Under the pieces are notes generated by a model, which was not told the origin of the DNA, made no database searches, and worked only from the letters and a program-made list of their open reading frames with translations. Both the position numbers and the translations under genes were made by a program. DNA of 53,854 bases from a virus, in the IMG/VR virus record IMGVR_UViG_3300025941_000004. The stretch is one strand, 5' to 3'. Numbering within the stretch: position 1 is the stretch's first letter; every line of letters begins with the position of its first letter. This document shows, in pieces, positions 49,678 to 53,854 of this stretch.

Positions 49678-50547
49678 CTAGCTCAAGTAGGCGTAGCCGC
49701 TGAACGCAGCGGAGAAGTGCAGGGTCAGGGAGTTGGCGTTGACGTAGGTGACATCGCCCTCGACGTTGGTTCCGGCGGAGTCGATGACGATGACGTTCGG
49801 GTTGAAGCCGAGGTTGTGGGTCACCGTCCAGTTCGCTGACGCTGCACCCTGGTTGTGGGTGTAGCCGGTGCCACCACCGGAGCCTGGTGGTCCAGGCGGA
49901 CCGGGCGCTCCCGGTGTTCCGGGATCGCCCTTGGGTCCTGGTCCGGTGATGGTGGGCAGCCCGAGCTTCAGGACCTGGTACGGGTAGTCACCGACGATCT
50001 GTGCGGTGGCCGGCTCACCAGGTGCCAGCACGGTGACCGGCCCGGCTTCCAGCACCAGCCCGGCCAGGTGGTTCACCACCACCGAGACGGAGTGGTTGTC
50101 GAGGATCTTCGCGGTGATCGAGGCCGGTGGGTTGGCTGCGTCGTAGACCTCGTCGACGTAGCCGGGGTCGGGGTTCGCCACGACCTCGAGGTAGCCCTTG
50201 ACCACCGGGCTCGAGTACATCTCCGGAGTCAGCAGCGTCGCATCGAACTCGTACTGCGCCGCCGTCAGGTCGAGGTCGACGGCTTGGAGGTTGATCTGCG
50301 CGTGGCCATTCGGCCCGTCGACGATGTCAGCGACCTTGGAGATCGCCACACCGAGTCCCTTGTAGACGGGCTGCAGCGCGGTGAACGTGATGGTGCAGCC
50401 GGTGATGTTGACCCGGTGCTGGTCGGCGGTCTCGAAGTAGATGCCAAAGGAGAACGAGTGCCGCTGCTCGCAGCGCAGCTGGATGCGCGACGGGCTGTTG
50501 GTGAGGTCAGCCTGAAGCAGGCTGGTGTCAGTCTGCTGTCGCGGCAT
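49678..50547 (-). CDS. Collagen-repeat fibre / decoration protein (289 aa)
   Basis: GPGPKGDPGTPGAPGPPGPPGSGGG, followed by YTHNQGAASANWTVTHNLGFNPNVIVID...LTLHFS. Confidence 0.6.
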   Translation of the reverse strand: MPRQQTDTSLLQADLTNSPSRIQLRCEQRHSFSFGIYFETADQHRVNITGCTITFTALQPVYKGLGVAISKVADIVDGPNGHAQINLQAVDLDLTAAQYEFDATLLTPEMYSSPVVKGYLEVVANPDPGYVDEVYDAANPPASITAKILDNHSVSVVVNHLAGLVLEAGPVTVLAPGEPATAQIVGDYPYQVLKLGLPTITGPGPKGDPGTPGAPGPPGPPGSGGGTGYTHNQGAASANWTVTHNLGFNPNVIVIDSAGTNVEGDVTYVNANSLTLHFSAAFSGYAYLS

Positions 50548-50569
50548 CTCGCCTCCTCGGTCCAGACGA

Positions 50570-50601
50570 ACGCCGGGACGGCAGTCGCTCCGTCCCGGCG
50601 T
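50570..50601 (-). terminator. 12-bp perfect stem-loop between the G/P-rich gene and the fibre genes (possible attenuator after the capsid genes)
   Basis: ACGCCGGGACGG-(8 nt)-CCGTCCCGGCGT. Confidence 0.4.
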
Positions 50602-50610
50602 CCATGTCGG

Positions 50611-50856
50611 TCAGCCGCCAGGCGGCTGCTCCTCGGGTGGCGGACCGCCTCGACCGCCGCCGCCTCCACCGCCGGGAGGGCCGCCACGCTGCTGCGGTGG
50701 ACGTCCACCTCCCTCGGGCGGAGGACCGCCGCCACCTTCGGGCGGACCACCCTCGGGTGGCTTCCCGCCCTCACCACCGGCTGCACCTTGCAGTGCGTCG
50801 ATGGCGACCCCAGCCAGATCCTGGATCTGCTGGAGAAGCTCGATGAGCTTGTCCAT
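50611..50856 (-). CDS. Gly/Pro-rich small protein (81 aa)
   Basis: AGGAGG upstream. Helical N-terminus MDKLIELLQQIQDLAGVAIDALQ, then GGPPEGG-type repeats. Confidence 0.55.
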   Translation of the reverse strand: MDKLIELLQQIQDLAGVAIDALQGAAGGEGGKPPEGGPPEGGGGPPPEGGGRPPQQRGGPPGGGGGGGRGGPPPEEQPPGG

Positions 50857-50867
50857 GCGTCAGCCTC

Positions 50868-52271
50868 CTAGTTCCCGGCAGTCGGGTCGTCGGGGTCGTC
50901 GCTCGCCAGGATCGGGTTGCGGTGACCGACGTCGCCCGTGTCGGTGACGCCAGCGGTGGTCGCCTGGGTGGTGCCGGTGTACGGCGGGGTGTACCACTCG
51001 GGACGGCTCTTGAGCGTGACCGGGCCGGACAGCGGGTAGGTGACCGGAGCCACGGACAGCTGGGCGCGGGCGGCAGCGACCTTGGACGCCACGACGGTGA
51101 AGCTGTCGGAGACGACCTGCAGGTTGCTGATGGTGGCGGGCAGGAACAACGGGACCACTCCCTCGCTCAGCTGGTCGATGACCCAGCAGTCGTAGGAGAA
51201 GTCCTGGACGTACTCGGTGCCCTTGAACCGGGTGCCGCCGTCCTGCTGGCGACGCTCGGCGAAGTGCTCGTAGGTCTGCACCGAGTTCTTGTACGCCGCG
51301 AGTGCGACGACCTGGCGCTTGGTACGGGCCGCGGTGCCGGAGTTTGCGATCGGGTCGACCACCAGGTTGGAGTCGGTGTAGACCTTCGGCAGGAACTCCG
51401 GGTGGATCTTCTGCAGCTTCCAGGATCCCTTCAGCGTGCCGAGGAAGCCGGAGGCGTTGGCACCGGAGATGTCGCCGTCCTTCAGCAGCTTGAACGCCGA
51501 CTCGGTTCCGGCGCCGGCATCGATGAGCGCGTTGATGTAGACGAGCTCGAGGGCGCTGGTGACCAGCAGGAAGCGGTCGTTGTTCCCGAAGTTGGAGTCG
51601 AACCAGTTGTCGCTGAACAGCAGGGTGAGTGCGTCCAGCGTGGCGAGCGGGTCGACGTCGTTGAGGAACATGCCCTTGATGGTGGCGAAGGACGGCTGGA
51701 TCTGGTTGTCGGTGTCCTCGCCGGGCTCCGCGATCCACTTGTAGTCCTGCGCGTCCCCGGTGTTGGAGACCTTGACCGCATCGACGTAGCCCGGTCCGGG
51801 CGTGTCGGCGGCGGTGCGGGGCACCATCTTGCCGGTCATGTGTCCCATGCACGCGGCGAGCAGGCAGTACTTGTCGTGGTCGCGGAGGACCGTGGTCTGC
51901 ATCTTGCGACCGGTGTACTCCTGGACGATGTTCTTGATGGGCGAGTAGCGGAGCTGCTCGTCGAAGACGGTGAAGCCGAAGGCACGGTGCCGGCTCATGG
52001 AGTAGGTGCGCCACTCGATAGGCGGCACGCCGTTCTTCCACTCGCCCGTGAACTCGGATCCCGAGTAGTGCTCGGATCCGATGCGCCCGATCTCGGCGTC
52101 GACGATGTAGTCGTCGACCCGGATGTCCGGGACGCGAATGCTCCTGGCATTCGGGTTGGGCTTGATCTCGCTGCCGGTGAACATCCCTGCCACCGGAGAC
52201 GTGATCCGAAGGTACGTGGCCAGAGCGACCTGGTAGTCGGTCAGGCTGTCCTTCTGGACTGGTGCGACCAT
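50868..52271 (-). CDS. Putative major capsid protein (467 aa)
   Basis: GAGGAGGGG upstream. Immediately downstream of the portal-like gene. No motif-level proof. Confidence 0.55.
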   Translation of the reverse strand: MVAPVQKDSLTDYQVALATYLRITSPVAGMFTGSEIKPNPNARSIRVPDIRVDDYIVDAEIGRIGSEHYSGSEFTGEWKNGVPPIEWRTYSMSRHRAFGFTVFDEQLRYSPIKNIVQEYTGRKMQTTVLRDHDKYCLLAACMGHMTGKMVPRTAADTPGPGYVDAVKVSNTGDAQDYKWIAEPGEDTDNQIQPSFATIKGMFLNDVDPLATLDALTLLFSDNWFDSNFGNNDRFLLVTSALELVYINALIDAGAGTESAFKLLKDGDISGANASGFLGTLKGSWKLQKIHPEFLPKVYTDSNLVVDPIANSGTAARTKRQVVALAAYKNSVQTYEHFAERRQQDGGTRFKGTEYVQDFSYDCWVIDQLSEGVVPLFLPATISNLQVVSDSFTVVASKVAAARAQLSVAPVTYPLSGPVTLKSRPEWYTPPYTGTTQATTAGVTDTGDVGHRNPILASDDPDDPTAGN

Positions 52272-52301
52272 GTCGCCCCTCCTCTAGTTGTTGGCCTGCG
52301 G

Positions 52302-53854
52302 TCAGGCGCTGGCAGCCTGAATGTACGGCTCGCGCGGCGGCTCGGCTTCCTCTGGAACAGAAGTAGGCTCGTGCGCCTCAGAACCAGGTACAGATCCCGG
52401 AGAGACCACACCTAGTTTCTCGAGCAGAACCTGCTGGTTCTGCGTCATCTGAGACATCTGCTCCTGCAGCTGACGGATGGCGAGGTTGTTGAACTCGAGC
52501 TCCATGCTGCTGTTTCCGTGCAGACCGGAGATCGCATCCTCCAAACTGGTGATGCGCTGGTCGCGCTCGTCGACCTCCTTGACGTCGCCACGGTTCCAGA
52601 GCAGTCCGAGCTCCTTGGCGCTGGCAGCACCGCTCAGCTCGATCTGCTTGCCGACGATGTACTTCATCGCGGTGGTGGCCTGGTTGATGAGCGTGGGGTT
52701 CTGTGTCGCAACGATGGCCGGCATCGACTGGCTCAACGGGATGAACAGCTGGTTCAGGATCCTCAGCTGCTTCTCGTCCTCCATCTCGACCAGTGATCCG
52801 GGGACGCAGCGTACGAAGAACTCGACGCTCATGTCCTCGAAGTCGACGTCGATGGTCCCGTCGTCGTTGATGTACTTGGTGTCGAGCCCTGCCTCGAGGA
52901 GACGGATCCTGGCCTCCGCGGTCGGGTGGACCTTCTTGACGGCCTTCAGCTCCTGGAAGTAGATGGTCAGCGCGTAGGAGCAGTAGTGGCTGAAGAAGGC
53001 TTCGATCGCCTTCTGGTAGTTGTTCGTGGTGATGTCGACCATCTGCTGCTGGGCGTCGACTCCCTGAGGCGTCTTGCTCATGCCGCCGGGGTTGGGTGAC
53101 TGCATCGCCATCTGCTGGTCGGCGGCTCCGATCAGCTGGACCATGCTGCCGAGGTTCTGCTGGCTGATCGAGCCGTACTGCATCAGCGTCTGCGTGTTCA
53201 CCTCGAACGGTTCGATCTTCGCGTTCGGGTTGGAGATCTGCGTGTACTTGCCGGGGGACAGGTTGGGCACCGCGTTGACGGTGCCGTAGCCGATGATCGA
53301 CGGGTTGATGTTGCGGTACCACAGCTTCATCGCGCCGTTCAGCATCAGGTCCTGGAAGTCCTGGCGCCCGATCAGCAGCTCGACCTGGGACTTCCCGAGC
53401 GGCTGCATGTCGTCCTTCTCGAGGACGAGGAAGTGGACGGGGTGCTGCTTGAGCGGGTGCTTGTTCTTCTCGATGCGGAGCAGCAGCTTGGTGCTGCCCT
53501 CGAAGGTGAGGAACGGCTCGCCGCTGGATGTGTAGAGCGTGATGATCTCGTAGCCCACCGGGATCTGGTGGTGCTTCTTGGTCTGGTGGTCGACGCTCTG
53601 CTGCTCGCGTGACTGCGGTCGGTTCTTCACCATCCGCTTCAGGGCGTCCAGGTCCCAGCCGGGAGCCTGGTCCTGGATCAGGCAGACCGCCTCACCACGG
53701 GTGAGGTAGCGACGGACGAACACCGAGGTGGCGTTGCGGATGTCCTTGCAGCCCGGCTCGGGGAAGACGTCGCGGTAGTGGATGGTGTCGTACTTCATGT
53801 ACCAGCCGCCGGCTGCGTCCTGCAGCAGCACCGGGATGACGCAGCCGAAGCCGA
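52302..53854 (-). CDS. Portal-like protein, 3-prime part. The ORF runs to the window end, and 53728-53854 duplicates 1-127.
   Basis: Track ORF 52302..53831 is in frame with 572..1 across the junction. Confidence 0.6.
   Translation of the reverse strand, partial: GFGCVIPVLLQDAAGGWYMKYDTIHYRDVFPEPGCKDIRNATSVFVRRYLTRGEAVCLIQDQAPGWDLDALKRMVKNRPQSREQQSVDHQTKKHHQIPVGYEIITLYTSSGEPFLTFEGSTKLLLRIEKNKHPLKQHPVHFLVLEKDDMQPLGKSQVELLIGRQDFQDLMLNGAMKLWYRNINPSIIGYGTVNAVPNLSPGKYTQISNPNAKIEPFEVNTQTLMQYGSISQQNLGSMVQLIGAADQQMAMQSPNPGGMSKTPQGVDAQQQMVDITTNNYQKAIEAFFSHYCSYALTIYFQELKAVKKVHPTAEARIRLLEAGLDTKYINDDGTIDVDFEDMSVEFFVRCVPGSLVEMEDEKQLRILNQLFIPLSQSMPAIVATQNPTLINQATTAMKYIVGKQIELSGAASAKELGLLWNRGDVKEVDERDQRITSLEDAISGLHGNSSMELEFNNLAIRQLQEQMSQMTQNQQVLLEKLGVVSPGSVPGSEAHEPTSVPEEAEPPREPYIQAASA
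53728..53854. repeat. Circularisation/assembly overlap, copy 2
   Basis: Identical to 1-127. Confidence 0.95.

Noticed and set aside
50611-50947. Plus-strand ORFs over the G/P-rich gene (50525..50947, 50604..50846)
   Set aside because: These are mirror-image low-complexity frames of the same GC-rich repeat. The minus-strand frame has an AGGAGG RBS and fits the operon direction.
1-53854. Prophage or temperate lifestyle (integrase, CI-like repressor, att site, excisionase)
   Set aside because: No tyrosine or serine recombinase motifs or repressor-type HTH genes were recognised. The contig is self-closing with phage genes all around. The only DNA-binding regulator seen is the small RHH protein.

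Overview
The window is a complete phage genome. Bases 1-127 are identical to 53728-53854, so the contig closes on itself and the unique length is 53,727 bp. The DNA is GC-rich with an actinobacterial coding style: many GTG starts, ATGA/GTGA coupled genes, and mostly G/C third codon positions. I found no tape-measure, sheath or tail-tube gene, so the virion is probably short-tailed. I found no integrase or lysogeny repressor, so the phage is probably lytic. No tRNA, rRNA, CRISPR array or mobile element was found.

The genes form four transcription units:
- U1 (+, 15.9-33.2 kb): small early and membrane genes, an RHH regulator, a nucleotidyltransferase and a MoxR AAA+/vWA pair. A replication module follows: gp2.5-like SSB, Cas4-like nuclease, family-A DNA polymerase, RuvC-like resolvase, HicA-like protein, SF2 helicase, D5-type SF3 helicase and PrimPol.
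- U2 (-, 38.75 to 33.05 kb): three unknown or scaffold-like genes, an EEP-family nuclease/phosphatase, the large terminase and small genes.
- U3 (+, 39.09-40.05 kb): M23-peptidase endolysin, a 2-TMD holin-like protein and a 23-aa TMD peptide.
- U4 (-, 15.56 kb through the junction to 40.04 kb): two membrane genes (one collagen-like), a 4,731-codon giant gene, portal, capsid, fibres, internal proteins and a nozzle-like protein.

The most interesting signals:
1. The giant virion-operon ORF contains a beta-prime-type DYDGD loop and a beta-type basic loop. This suggests a virion-delivered two-barrel RNA polymerase fused to membrane or ejection modules.
2. A 9-bp quasi-palindromic motif (GTGTCTACA / TGTAGACAC) occurs in two dense, direction-sorted arrays. 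They sit exactly at the two divergent or switch regions, and one lies directly upstream of the RHH gene.
3. A non-coding hub with an island of about 30% G+C lies between U4 and U1. It may contain the origin, the early promoters or the physical genome ends.

All functional calls rest on motifs I could read in the translations. No database search was possible.
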